Source of the DNA: Chiloscyllium plagiosum
Lineage: Eukaryota
Direction of reading: 5' to 3'
Length of the DNA stretch: 64,000 bases
Assembly: GCF_004010195.1 (NCBI RefSeq)
Contig: NC_057719.1
Coordinates: 68,508,567-68,572,566 of the forward strand
Positions 24,967 to 38,574 of this stretch are shown here, one piece after another. Position numbers and translations under genes: made by a program. The notes beneath the pieces were generated by a model. It was given only the letters and a program-made list of their open reading frames with translations. It did not search any database and had not been told where the DNA came from. The first letter of the stretch is position 1, and each line of letters begins with the position of its first letter.

Positions 24967-25223
24967 CTTTAAAAAAAAACGGTTTTGTGATTTACACATG
25001 AAAGAAGTGAAAGTATCACTGTATTCGAACAGATGAAAGGCTTAACAGACAATCAATTCTTCAATGTATAATTTCAGTTACATCACACTGCAAATTTTTG
25101 CTATAAATTCTGTGTTACGATCGAGCCCTCCACAATCACCTGATGAAGGAGCGTCGCTCCGAAAGCAAGTGTGCTTCCAATTAAACCTATTGGACTATAA
25201 CCTGGTGTTGTGTAATTTTTAAC
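24967..25223 (+). mobile_element. PLE pLTR fragment with 11-bp TSD
   Basis: Homologous to 17520-17775. TGAATGATGAA at 24956-24966 and 25224-25234. Confidence 0.88.
25137..25171 (+). ncRNA. Minimal hammerhead ribozyme motif (one core substitution)
   Basis: cac-CUGAUGA-a-GGAGC-guc-GCUCC-GAAA-gc-AA-gug. Stems I and II pair. The U before the cleavage site is A here but U in sibling copies. Confidence 0.65.
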
Positions 25224-27000
25224 TGAATGATGAAAGTAGCTTCTTCAAAGAACTGCTGCAAAAATCTTTGTTCCTACCTGAACTTTAAAAAAACATATCC
25301 CACATTCTTTAATGAAATTCTAAAATTCAAGATCATGTGATGATTTAACATCTGTTCTTAATTTAAGTTATTAACCCTATATTGGCCACAAATGCAAGTA
25401 TAATTTCTCTAAAATGATTTACAAACAAAATCATCCAAATTTTCACTTTTGCTGCTGAGGACTGTGCCTGTTGAAGAAGCTCTCACATTACTATATAAAA
25501 AGAAATAACGCCAATGATGACCGATAAGGTGGTGAGATGTCCTCAATTCCAAAGTACTATTATTGTCAGTGTGTATATGGATTGTTTGCATACATTTTGT
25601 TACACAGGGCAGCTCTTTTGTTCTTGCATCCAATTTACTGGTGAAATGGATGGCATTAAATGGTCTCAAGCAATAACTAGGGTTATAAATACAAATAAAA
25701 AAATATGGAAATAAACCAACGAGGAAATAGGAAATAAAACCAAAGAGCAGGAGAAGAGGTGGAGGTGGTAAAATTGATGCTATATCAAGCAAGGAAATAG
25801 TGATGATATAATCAGTGGATAAGTATCGGGTCAATTCACATCTAAACTGGTTGTACAAAGATTTACAGTTCACTGTTTAAATCCAGGTGAAGTTGTGGCT
25901 CCCTTAAGATACTGTTATTGTTGTTATGGTACAAATGGGTTACTTTTTTGAATTGATGTGATTGATTGATATGTCCTGAAGTAGGCCCTCCATATTTAAA
26001 ACAATTCAAGTTGCATTAAAAATACCTTAAGGTACGCGCTTTTTGAATATGATTCTGACATTCAAAAACAAAGCTATGAATTAAGTTTTCCATAAATTTA
26101 AACTGAACAAGATGCGTAAAATTATGCACATGGTTGGCGTAATTGCAGCATAAGTCTGTTGGGAGTGTAATGAATGGTCTAGAAAATGTTATGGAAACTG
26201 AATACTTGGTACCTCATCTTCCACTGAGGTTTCCAGGAAGGGGTATCTCATTGAGAGGAATGAATGTTTAAAATGTTTGGTAAAATGTTGATCAAGCTGC
26301 AGAGCTGGAGAACAAAAACAAGACACCCATTGATGGACCAGCACCACCATTGCTGACTGGGAAGCTCTAATATCACAAAGGTTCACCTTGTATGAAAAAT
26401 AACAAATGAAATTCCACTCCCATTGCCAGCACAAACAGTTCTTAAACTACTAATTCATCCATTGCACATCAATGCACTGATATTTATCAAAAAAACAAGT
26501 GAAAGGGCAAGTTTGCCCTTGGGATGTAACAATGAGCAAAATGTGGAAGTGTTGCAAGTAATTACATTTTCTGTGGATTTATACAATAGACAGCTTGCAC
26601 TCAAATATTTTGTCAAATCCTGTACTCCCAAATGCATATCCTTCAATTCATTACTTCCTTCTACTTCCACTCAGTACAGCTTTAGCAGAGATAGTTCAGT
26701 AAGACATAGGAGCAGAAGAAGGCCATTCTGCCCATCAAGTCTGCTCTGCCATTCAATGAGATCATGGCTGATCTGATCATCCTCAAATTCACTGTTTTGC
26801 CATACTCCAATAACGTTTGACTTCCTTACTGATCGCTGTGGTGCTCCTCAAATTACAGATTGCCATCCTGGAAATGAGTTTATCTCAACATGTTGTCTTT
26901 CATTACTTAGTATTCCTATAGTTGTGCTATTATACCAGCCACAGCACTTTGGCCTCTTATCTTATTTCATAACCTTAGGTGCCTTTTAGAATCCAACTGT

Positions 27001-27299
27001 GGGTAGCACAGTAGCACAGTGGTTAGCACTGCTGCCTCATAGCGCCAGAGACCCGGGTTCAATTCCCGCCTCAGGTGACTGACTGTGTGGAGTTTGCCTT
27101 ACATTCTCCCCGTGTCTGCATGGGTTTCCTCTCACAGTCCAAAGATGTGCAGGTTAGGTGAATTGGCCATGCTAAATTGCCCGTAGTGTTAGGTGAAGGG
27201 GTAAATGTAAGGAAATGGGTCAGGGTGGGTTGCGCTTTGGCGGGTCAGTGTAGACTTGTTGGGCTGAAGGGCCTGTTTCCACACTGTAAGTAATCTAAT
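27001..27299 (+). mobile_element. HE1-type V-SINE
   Basis: Near-identical to 20617-20930 with a short V-domain deletion. B box ggttcaattcc. Confidence 0.93.
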
Positions 27300-28187
27300 A
27301 TTACATCTACTGTTTATGCTTTATCTATCCTGTTTGTTAACTCCTCAAAAGACTGTGATAAATTTGCTGGGCATGAAGTCATGCAGACGCTGCTTGATCA
27401 CATTATGTATTTCTATATGCTCTTCTGTTACATCCTTTATAATAAACTTTAAAATCTCCCCAATAACAGGCATTAAGCTAACTGGACAATAGTTATCTGT
27501 TTTTAGATTCCCTCCCTCTTTGACTAGGTCCGTGACTTTGGAAATTTTGCAAACCACTAGCACCTTTCCAGAATTTAAGGATTTTTGGTAGGTTATTACC
27601 AGTGCACACATTATTTCTATAACAGCTTCCTTTGTGATTTTAGGACAGAACCTATCAAAATCAGGGATATTATTGGCTTTTAGCCCCATTTATTTCCCTC
27701 ATTCCTTTTCTCTAGTGATAGTTTTTGTTTTAAATTCCTACCCACCACCTTTAGCCTTTTGACTCGTTCAGCATTTTGGCACCTTAATTGCCCTCTACAT
27801 GTGGACCCACATAAAGTATTTGTTCAATTCCTTGGCCATTTCCTGGTTCCCTATTATTAGTTCCCCAGCCTCATTTTCTAAGGGGTCTATGTTAACTTTG
27901 ACCTCTCTCTCCCAATTCATATATTAAAAATAATTATTCCTGTCAGTTTTTATATTACTTGCCAGTTTATCCTCATAATTTAATTTCTCCCTTTTTTTGG
28001 CTGTCTTTTTTGCTTTTTAAAACTTTCCCAATCCTCTGGGTTTGCCACTAATCTTGGCCATGTTGCATATTTCTTTTTTCAATTTTATTTTATGCTTAAC
28101 TTCCTCCGTAAATTCTGGTTGATTTATCCCCTTCTTTGCTGTGAGCCATGAACTATTTTATTACATGTCTGCTCTTGTTCCACAACT

Positions 28188-28414
28188 GGTTTCGAAACAG
28201 TTTCTACCCTACAGTTGTTAGAATTCTGAATGGACTCACAAATTCTTAGCATTCGCCTGTACCCGTGTTTTGGTTTTTGCCGGTGTTTACCTATTTACTT
28301 ATCTGTGCTACTTAACTCTGTGATCTGCCTGTATTGCTCGCAAGACAAAGCTTTTCACTGTGCCTCAGTACACGTGACAATAAATTGAATTGAATTCAAT
28401 TCAATTCAATTCAA
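28188..28414 (+). mobile_element. Rex1/Babar-like LINE 3' end with (TTCAA)n tail
   Basis: FRNSFYPTVVRILN then a 3' UTR, aataaa and ttcaattcaattcaattcaa. Resembles 42895-43109. Confidence 0.7.
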
Positions 28415-28792
28415 ACTATCTTTTCTGCCAAATGTCTTTCCTTGTCTATTCCAACCAACTCTCCCCTCATCCCGATGTAATTACCCTTATTTAGGTTTAG
28501 CAGAGTCATTTCTAACCCATATTTCTCACTCTCAAATAGAATGCTTAAACTGTATCATGTTGTGATCACTGTTCCACTGGAGATCTTTTACTCTGAGGTC
28601 ATCTATTCAACCTGTTTCATTTTACAGCACCATAATCGAAATCGCAGATCCCTGGTGGATTCAAAACATATTTTTTCCCAAATACCTTATATGAATTCTT
28701 CCTCATGGCTAATTCTATAAATTTGACTTTTTCTCAACCTACATGAAAATTAAAGTTATTCTTAATTAATGCTCTGTCTTTTTAATGTTGGG

Positions 28793-28910
28793 GACATGCC
28801 GATGTTGGATTCTGGTGGACAACATCAGAAGTCACACAACACCAGGTTTTAGTCCAACAGGTTTTTTTAGAAATCACAAGCTTTCAGAGCACTGCTCCTT
28901 CACCAGGTGA
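28793..28910 (-). mobile_element. PLE pLTR fragment with degenerate hammerhead
   Basis: Reverse complement reads cacctggtgaaggagcagtgctctgaaagcttgtg..cctgttggactaaaacctggttgtgtga. Confidence 0.8.
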
Positions 28911-29239
28911 ATTCTTCATTATCTCTTGATTTATTCTCTGTCTGACAGAACACCTACTGTTGGGAGCCTATAGACTAGTCCCACTAGTCTTCTTCCTTTG
29001 TTATTTCTTACCTCCATGCATATGGATTCTACATTATTTGATCAAACAGGTGGAGGCAGACTGCTGAAATTTTTGCTCTGGCTGGTAAGATGCTTATGGC
29101 CTGTCAGCTTTTGAATTTTGCAGCCTAAAAGAGCTCTGTGAAAGATTCCCCCTGTATCTTATGCAGGGAGAGATGTAACCATCAGGACGTGAGGCAGAAT
29201 GTTGGGCTGAAATTGAAGGTTATGGGCAAGAAAATGGAA

Positions 29240-29450
29240 CACCTCACCCGACTTGGTCAGGTGTTTTGAGCAACTTTTTACATTGCGCCCATGACCCTGT
29301 TTCCAGATTCCTGCTGCACAGCTCCTCAGAAACTTTCGGCAAACTTTCTTAGTGAGACCATTGAGTTCCTTTGTCTCATTTCTAGGAGGAAAACAAACTG
29401 ACCGTGTCCAGCAGTTATTCCTCTGAGGTGTCATTAACCCAGGTTGCTGT
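29240..29450 (-). mobile_element. Harbinger-type Myb/SANT-like gene relic
   Basis: Minus-strand frames give RSVCFPP..LTKKV, EELCSRNLETGSWAQCKK and HLTKSG, then ggt. This resembles the W.Q.KK helix of Myb/SANT-like transposon proteins. Confidence 0.55.
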
Positions 29451-30249
29451 CATTTCTTTGTGTGTAACATTCCTCCTTGGCAGCTCCAATTTATGTCTGT
29501 GTACTGTTCCTTTAAATACAGCTGAGGTGGTGTCACACAAATGCACATCATTCTCTGTGTAGTTCGAAGATGGAAAGTTCTAATTTCAAAACTTGTAATT
29601 CTGACAGCAGCTTCAGGCCCATTGAATTGACATCCATGCTGTTCCACGCTCGATACTATCAACACCTCACCCCTTCACAGTTGCCATTTGCAGATTAATA
29701 TCAGAGCCTAAGCCTCTGTTCTGAGCATGTGAGAGTGTAGCTGATTTTTAACTCCCATTTGAAATGGGTAATTAGTATCCCGCACACGCTTGAAACTAGA
29801 TTGAACCACCAGCCTCCCCTATCAGCCAATGTTTAGAGTAAGATTTGAATTTTAATGAAGCTCTCATACATCCTGCACAAGGCAGTGGGGTCAGACAACC
29901 AGCTCAGGAATTTGAAGCACAGATCAGGAAAAAAAGGAATTCATTGACTTGAAGACTCTTAATTCTCCAACCTTCATGTGGAACTTTGCTGCTGTAAGTA
30001 CTTTCATCAGCACAAATTTACAGACTATTGCCTTCTTTGACATGTCATCTATTACCCCAGCAAATCAGGAACCATCACATTCTGCACTGCATTTGATTAT
30101 TTCTATCTGTACTTAATTCTAATCCTGTTCCTAATCAAATGTGCATCCAACTGGAGCTGTTAATTAGCACAGCATCAACTGGTCTACTTGACAATCTGAT
30201 AATCCACAGATCCAGTCTTTTTGTAGGAATGCGGGAATGCTTCACCCAG

Positions 30250-30620
30250 CTCTCAGCTTTGAGGTTTGATAATTTTAAACTTCTAAGCCTTAGCTCTGTG
30301 GTTGCAATTCAAGAAGTGCGCGTTCCAGTATTACTGAGGATACTTGTTCAAGATGCTATTTTTCAATGATGCCCAGGTGGATGTGGAAAATTACAGGGCA
30401 ATCTTCTGAAAACAACAATGCATTGTCCTAGTGTCCTATTCAAAACTTCCTCAGTTTCTGACAAAAAGAGATTCATGCACAGGCTATCTCATTTACTATT
30501 TATGGGACCTTACTATGTGAGCAAAATTAAATAACACTTCCACTGTCAGTAAAATCATTATATCCATGTGAAATGAAATATTTAAGGATATAAGATGTTA
30601 TTTAAATGCATGTTCTCTGT
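30250..30620 (+). mobile_element. Decayed Deu-domain SINE
   Basis: ttccagtattactgagg..caggtggatgtggaaaa..gtgtcct..tttatgggaccttacta..atttaaatgcatgttct resembles the recalled consensus. Confidence 0.45.
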
Positions 30621-30834
30621 TGAAATTATCCTTTAGTCTCAGCATTTTAATTCTTGTTCCATCTCGATACTACCTCTCCAGTGAAAACAAATTCTGTTCT
30701 TTGAGACTTGTTTCATAGCACAAAGGTTTGAGAATCAGCCTTGCAGCTTCCTCTGGAAACTCTCCAGAGTTTTAATACCCTAAACCCTGTACACTTTTCC
30801 AAGTAGGGCCATGTCCTTGATAGTAAGCACTATG

Positions 30835-31017
30835 ATTACTGGATTGGCCATGAAAAATTGCCCATAATGTCCAGGGATGTGCAGGCTAGGTGGATTAGCC
30901 ATGAGAAATGCAGAATTATAGGGTTAGGTTTAAGGGGGTGGATCTGGGTGGGTGCTCTTCAGCGTGTCAGTGTGGATTTGCTGGGTCAAATCGCCTTCTT
31001 CCACACTGTAGGGATTC
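30835..31017 (+). mobile_element. HE1-type SINE 3' half
   Basis: ggattggccatg..aaattgccc..gggtgctcttc..cagtgtggatttgctggg..ttccacactgtagggattc. Confidence 0.8.
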
Positions 31018-34000
31018 GTTTATGCCAATTATAATGTTACAATACTTTTCTTAACAGAAGCTTATTGCACTCAATGTTGCGATACAAACATATATGCCAA
31101 AGGTGAAAACTGTGTTGTAACTGATTGTGCATCCAGTCATAAAAGCATTCTTTCCATAACAAAATATAAATGATCCAGAAACCACTCACAAACATTTTGG
31201 ATTGAACCGTGATTGGTTTATGATATAAATTGATTCAATAAGAAACAGATTTCACATGAGGTTGTGAGGCAAAATGGTCAAAATATCTCTGTAAAATACG
31301 ACTGTTTTATAATTTAAACTGACAGGAAATTACGTTTTATTTCTGATAACTAGCACATGAGCCATTTGCTGATTTATTTAGCAGTTTGTAGATAAATCAA
31401 TACAACATTTATCTCGGTAGTCTTCAAAGAAATCTGAAAAATCTAATCAAAATATCTGATTTTTCGAAATGTAATGAACTTTAGCAGATAGGTCTGCCTA
31501 TAAGCCATATAGCTATGAAAGTTAAAGAAAATGTCATCAAAGTCTAGCTGCTAGATCATGTCTTATGATCTTTATGCCATGGTACCATTCATTCTGGTCA
31601 GAAATGATTATTTTGCCAATGACCTTTATACAAAATAATTCTTTAATTTCTAGGTTTTACTGTGGCAAGATTCCACTCAGTGCAGAAAAATTAAGTTGTT
31701 TGGAATTTAATCAATGGAATATGAAATTTATCCCAAGAGGGGAAAGGCCTTATAACTTATGAGTAGCAAGGTTATGAATTGTAAAGGTATCCCTTCCAAA
31801 TGAAATTTGCTTTATATTCATGCTTTCCAACTGAATATTCTACAGATGCCATATGTATACTATTTTGAAACTATTTTGTTATTCGTGGCCCCATCTTTAA
31901 ATAATCTAAGAGTCTAATGTGAGTTAAATATTTAGTTTTCTGTGTAGGTGATTTGACTGCTCTACAAAAGAAAAACTATGAATGCTAGGTTAATCAAATA
32001 AATGTTTCTTTTAAATGTGTCCATCCATTAGCATCTGAGAAAGGAAAGAAAATCCACTTTTCTGATGAAGATATTTTGTTAGTTCTGAAAAAGACTTAGT
32101 TAACACTTGAGTCAGATACACCATTTGTAATGATGTTTATTTATATATTTTCAATGTAAATATATTTATGAAGAAAGTGCATTATTTTTAAAAGATCAAA
32201 CGTGTTATAAAACACAATTTAGAAGTTCAAGGTTTACCTGTATTTTTTCAAGTCAAAAAAGATTATTATGGTGTCAGAAGGAGTTAACAAAAGTAACATA
32301 TAGTGGACTGTTTTTAATGGACAGGCCATCTGGTGTAGACGAGAGAAAATGACTACCTGTTCCACAATTTCATCGAGTTTTTTTGTTAACCTTTCTCAAG
32401 GGGTATATTTTAATGAATGCTTGGCTATGTTTTAAAGGTTACCGGCCATTTTCTTAGCCACAGGTTCTGAGTTTGATAGTTTTATTGACAGCTTAAAGAA
32501 GTCATTAAAGGATTAGCTATCTTTGATGTGGTTACTGAAGAGAAGCATTTTTGTTTTTACAGCTGAGTAAATACCTAAAATTTTAAAAATTCATTAAAAA
32601 ATGTTTCATCAGTGTAGGTACATATGAGTGATTGCTGTATTAGCTTATTAGGCCTTTACTTTGTTTCCATTTCCACATGACAGTTGAAGTCTGCCCACAA
32701 GTGACAAGGATTATAAGGGGTTGTGTCAGTCCGTGGGGGAGCATAAGCCACCAGAGAGGGTGGTAAGCGAAGTGTGAGGTGGAGGAGTGAGAAAGTGTGA
32801 GAGGTGATGGTTAAACGACTCTAGTGTCTTCTAAAATAACTGGGACAAAGCCCAAACAAACCAAGGTGAACCTTTTATCCAGACCACCCTCAGCACTTTC
32901 TGGCCCTTTTAGCCCCCTACAATTTATTTGTCTGTTTGGCAGGCCACATTTGCCTCCCTTGAGTGAAAATTGTTTTTGGGAATGAACCTTTTGAATAAAG
33001 ACGGATCTGCCAAGTTGGGAAGTTTTTTGGTAGTCTTCTAAAACAGGCAAAAGTACATTTTGAATAAGTCAATGAAGGGTCCAATAGTTGGAAGCATTTA
33101 TCAAGAGGTATTAGACCCACTGGTAATTAATAAGCAAAGTTCTGAGAAAAATTATGCACCCTTTTTCCAAAGCAGCACAATGTTTTCAGTTACACTTTCT
33201 GATGGGACAGAAAAAGGCACAGTCAATTCAGATGAATTGAAATTAATCAGTTTCTCACTTTGTAATCTGCAGTTTAGTATCTGGGACACAGAAGGAAGGA
33301 ACCCAAAAAAGGGATAATACAAAACAAATCTTCTCCCCATCCACCCTCTCACCACCTCCACCCTGCCCACTTTTTATCCTATCCCCACTCCCACCCCAAA
33401 GAATCGTTAAGAATTGCAAAATCCTATAAAATTGTAACTTATTTATGCACAGCTATTCCAGAACTGTACTTCATACATTCTTGAGATCCACAAGGGAGCT
33501 GAGGATTTTACTGTAAGCTTATTGCCTTTTATAACGATTTTATCCTCAATGAGTGCAGAACACATTACTAATGGTTTGAAACCATACAAACTGTGGTCCA
33601 ATTTCAGAAAACCTTGCCTGAAAACACTTGTTGAATTGATTGCTTCAATGGAAAAATGAGTCTATTCTTTGGCAACATTTTCCAGTGCTCTAATCAAATG
33701 CGTATGATTCTACAGGAATCTATGACCAGGCTTTTCTATGTGTTATGATGACTTCATTTCTGTATCTATACAATGGAAATTTCAGTGAATTGTTGAACAG
33801 TGTCAAAAAAATGATAGTTTCTGCTAGAAGGCACGAATATGTTATTACATGTTTACTTACACAAACTTATGTTTTAATTTAAAACATTGACTTTAATAAA
33901 ATACTCAAATGTGAAAAGATTGCTTGAACAGAATTGTTCACAAGGCATGCTTCAGTAAAAGAACTGCTTCCAAAAATGCATATACACAGCAGTTACTAGT

Positions 34001-35539
34001 CTAAAAGCTGAACTTCAATTCAGTTTCCAGCCAGGCAGAACCTTGTTTATGTTGCTTGGCTCCTGCCTGGCTGGAACAATCACTGTTCAGTGTAGGATAG
34101 CTCTCCTTGATGCCTGAAGACACACACGGGTGGGATTCTCCCTTTAAAGCTAAAATCGTAAACATTTAGAGCCTGCAAGATGGGAATCCCTGTATTTAAA
34201 CATTTCAAAGGTCAGGTACACATAGAAAATGATGCAGAGTGTGAGATGGGTCCCTGAAGACTTTTCAATCCAATCAAACTGAAGCAATGGAAATGGCCCT
34301 CTCCAGAATGTTCCTTTCTATTTTGATCTGGCATCACGTTGACCCCTGACTCTGGAGGTGAACTTCTTCAGAGCAATTCAAACATACTCTTACAGTTTAA
34401 GTCTAGGCGAATTAATCATTTCAATTTATTTGCTGAAATTACTATTTCTAAGTATTAAATGAGTGAATTCTAATTGTGCCTTATGATGGTTTGGATTTTG
34501 TTATAAATTCTGCAGTGAATAAATTGAGGGAAGTAATGCAATGAATGATATTTGCTCAGTTTATGAGGAAATACCTCCAAGTTGGGTGCAGTACGTGTCA
34601 GACATAATGTAAAGCTGTCCTTATTCTGCACATTTCAATGTGAATTCCAAAGGATGCATCCCCTGCTTTACCTGATACATCCTCAGCTACAAGGCACAAG
34701 TAAGCTGACAAACCACTTCAAGAAAAGCCAGATAGACTGAAAACTGCTGACAGCTTAAAAATCAGCATACAGCTGAAGAGGAGACCTGAATAATGGGCAA
34801 TGACCAAAGACACTATATCAGTGTGACTGAATTAGTTACATTCTTTCCCGCTGCATCTAAGTTCAGCATTTTATTGGTGTTTATGCCATCATTTTTTTTC
34901 AATAACTGCAGAAAATTTAACTCCTAGCAGACAGGAACTGAGTGGGCAATTATATCAGTTATTTGACTTATCCCAACAGCCTATTCTGATTTTATCATTT
35001 TCTATTTAATTTATTCTTTTGAACTGATGTCAAGGATATGGTTCTTAAGCTGGTGGGGACCTTTTGTAAATACTGTAAGCAGACATCTGAGGATGTCATT
35101 GCGCCCTGACTGCAGCTATATAATAATTCCTGCTTTCAATCTACTAACCTTCTAAAAGTGACATGTTCAGACCATCTTCACTGGGGAGAGCTTTGGATAG
35201 GACCTTCATGTATATGGAGAAAGTTAATGTATAAAGAGTGTAGCATTGAAGCAGGGCAGTCCCAACCACAAGATAAGAAAACCGAGAGCAACAGGGTGCA
35301 GGAGAAAGTGCAGCAACAAATAAACCGATGTATACGGGTTGGTGACATTGCGGGCCTCCCATCCACAACCTTGCAACAACATGGTCCAAAAACAACTTGT
35401 GTTTGAGTGTATAAAAGTCAAATTTCAATTGAAAAAAGTCTTGATACCAACAACAAATTGAAGTGAAATGTATTCCTCACTGGTCATTGTCTTTTAGACA
35501 CCTGTGTTTCACAAAACTATTTCACATGAGTCATGAAAT

Positions 35540-38150
35540 CAGAGAATCACAGAATTGTTACAGTGCAAAAGAAAGCCATTCAGCCCATTCTGTCTGCACT
35601 GGCTCTCCTGCCCTTTCCCAATAAGGCTGCAATTATTTCTATTTAAAGAATCATCTAATGCCCTCTTGACTGTCTCAGTTGAACTCACCTCCATCACATT
35701 TCCAGGCAGGACATTCTGGACACAAAACACTTGCTGTGTGAAAAGGTTCCTTCTCTCATCACATTTACTTCTTCTACAAATCGCTTTAAATCTGTGTCTT
35801 CCCATTCTTGATCCTTTTAGAAATTGTTGAGGAGAAAGTGAGGTCTGCAGATGCTGGAGATCAGAGATGGAAATGTGTTGCTGGAAAAGCGCAGCAGGTC
35901 AGGCAGCATCTAGGGAACAGGAGAATCGACATTTCGGGCATTTCCAGCAACACATTTCCATCCCTTTTAGAAATTGGGCTAGTTTCAATCTACCTTGTCA
36001 AAAATTCAATCAAATCTGCTCTTAGCTTTCTCCAAGGAAAACAATCCCAACTTCTCCAGTATATCTTTTAAGAAGCTTCTTATCCCTGGAACTATTCTTG
36101 ACAACTTCTGCATCTCTCTCTAATCATTGACCTAGGCCAGTAACACTCACACCCCATGAGTGAATAAAAAAATTATTGAAAAGAATATGTCTTAGCAACA
36201 TACAAACACATACAAACATCCTTCCCTAAGTGTGGTACAGAAAATTATAAACAATACTAAAACTGAGGTCTTACTCGTATCTTATGCAGGTCCAACATAA
36301 CATCCCTTATCTACCTCTCCTTCCCATTATTAATAAAGCCATTGATATTGGATGCATTAACTGCATTCTCCATGTGTTCCATTGCTGTCAATGACCTATG
36401 TGTATGGGCACACAGGTTTCTCTGCTCCTGCACGCCCATTTATTTTAATATCCTTTATTTTGCATGTTGCTTCATGTACTTTGTATCAAAATATATCACC
36501 TCACATTTCCTATGTTGAATGTCATCTGTAAACCTATTCACCCAGAATCATTAACTTGTCATTGTCCTTTTGAAGGTCTACACTGGTGTCCTCACAGTTT
36601 ACAATGTTTCTAAGTTTTCCATTTCTTTTCAATCATCCACAAGCTTTGAAATTGTCCCCTGCATCCAAGATGTAGATTATTAATATCAATAAGGAAAACC
36701 AATGATCTCAATATTGAACCCTTGCAGAATCCTACGATAAAATCTTTCTCCACCCTGAAAAATATTCATTAACCATGTTCTCCGTTCCAATCAATCTGTC
36801 AGTTTTGTCTCCATGTCATTGTTACTACCCCCTTTATTCAATGAACTAAAACTTTTCTCACAAGTCTGCTGTGCAGCATTGCATGAAACACCGTTTGGAA
36901 GTCCTGCAGACCTCACTTTCTCCTGCACAGAACATCACCATCATCCTCTTCATTGACTCTCTGAGATCTCTTCAAAGAATTCCACCAAGCAAATTAAGCA
37001 GGGTTTTTCCTTAAGAAGTCTATACTGGCTCTCCCTAAGTAACCAATATTTGGCCATGTGACTATTACTTCTATCTTGAATTATCATTTCCAAAAGTGTT
37101 CTGTCGAACTGAATTGCCACCCTTTTTGAACAAAGTGTAATTACAATTCTCTAGCACCACTTGAGTCTGGAGATGACTGAAAAATAATTGCCAGTGCCAC
37201 AGCAATTTCCACTCTCAATTCCTTCAGGATTTTTGGATGAATCTCACTAGTTCAGGTGTCTCATTGGTCCCAAGTACCAACAGGTTATCCTATACTTCTT
37301 ACTTACCAATTTTTAACTTTTCTAATGATTGAGTTTCCTCATCACAGCCTGTATGACATCTGCTTCCTTGGTAAAGACAGATACAAAGAATTAATTTTGC
37401 ACCTCAACCATGTCCTTTGCCTCCATGCCTCACTCTCCTTTTTGGTTGATCCTACTCCTTCTTCATCACCTTTTTACTATTTTTATGCCAACTGAAGACT
37501 TTGCGATTCCCCTTTATGTTAACCCCCAGTCTTTTTTTTATATCTCTCCTTTGCTTCTCTTATTTGCCTTTTCATTTCTTTCCAAACATTTTACATTCAG
37601 TATGTTTCTGAATTGCTTTATCTACCTGTGACCTGCCATATGTACTTTCTCTTCCCTAATTTAATTTTTATCTTCTGTTTTGTCACTAAACTTGTTTTGA
37701 GAGCTCTGGATTGTTTCCCCTAACTTTCCCATTTGGTTGAATATACCTCCACTGTGCCTGAAGCATCTTACCTTTGGAGGTAGCCCTCTTTTACATATTT
37801 TCCTTCCAAACTTTAGCTCCAGTCTATCTGGCCCAACTCCATTCTTGTACCATTGAAGTCAGTTCTTCCCCAGTTAGTTATTCTTATTCTGGATTGTTCA
37901 TTGCTCTTTTCTACTGTCATCCTAAATTTCATGATAAATTACTCACTGTTCCCAAACGTCCCTCCACTGAACTTTATCTATTTGGCTCTCCTTACTCCCA
38001 AGATCTAGATCTGGCAATGCCTCCTTACTTCTTGGAATGGACATATACTGCTGTCAAACATTCTCCTGAATGCAATGTAAGAATGACCATTATCGCTGCC
38101 ATTACCATTATTCCAGTCTAAATTCAGGTAGTTAAAGTCCCTCATTACAA
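35540..38150 (-). mobile_element. Long old CR1 LINE relic(s)
   Basis: ORF 35539-35805 contains GRHRFK..RRNLFTQQVFCVQNVLP. Decayed RT homology continues through 36220-38150. Confidence 0.7.
35827..35962. mobile_element. Fold-back PLE terminal fragment with 14-bp TSD
   Basis: gatggaaatgtgttgctggaaa / tttccagcaacacatttccatc are inverted. CCTTTTAGAAATTG at 35813-35826 and 35963-35976. Confidence 0.88.
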
Positions 38151-38189
38151 CTGCTCTACAATGAACATGGATCAAGCATTGAACACAGT

Positions 38190-38570
38190 ACAGTACATCA
38201 CAAGAACAGGCCCTTCAGCCCACCATGTCTGCACAGACCATAATGTGATTCCAAACTATTGACATTTGCCTGAATATGGTCTGTATCCCTCTCTCGCCTG
38301 CCTGTTCATATGCCTGCCCAAATGCCTTTTAAATGTTGCTGTCGCATCTCCTTCCACCACATCCCCTGGCAGCACATTCTAGGCACCATCCCGCTCTATG
38401 TAAAAAAACTTGCTGTTCATCTCCTTTGTAAAAAATTCTCCTTAAACCATTCCCCAATCTCACTTTAAACCTATGCTTCCTAACGTTTGACATTTCCACC
38501 CTGGGAAACAGACTTTTACTATCCAGCCTGAGCCTCATCCCTCAGCCTCCAAAACTCTAATGAAAACAAT
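38190..38570 (-). mobile_element. CR1 LINE 3' fragment
   Basis: Minus-strand translation LFSLEFWRLR..LDSKSLFPRVEMSNVRKHRFKVR. Confidence 0.85.
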
Positions 38571-38574
38571 TCAA

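Larger units (their letters stand above)
26700..29040 (-). mobile_element. Old CR1 LINE relic with three nested insertions
   Basis: 3' UTR at 26700-26830. ORF 27345-27689 contains KEGG..KTDNYCPVSLMPVIGEILKFIIKD (the NYRP.SL motif region). Confidence 0.75.

Noticed and set aside
33060..33317. 85-aa ORF in repeat-poor DNA
   Set aside because: Non-ATG start, no recognisable domain and no splice support.
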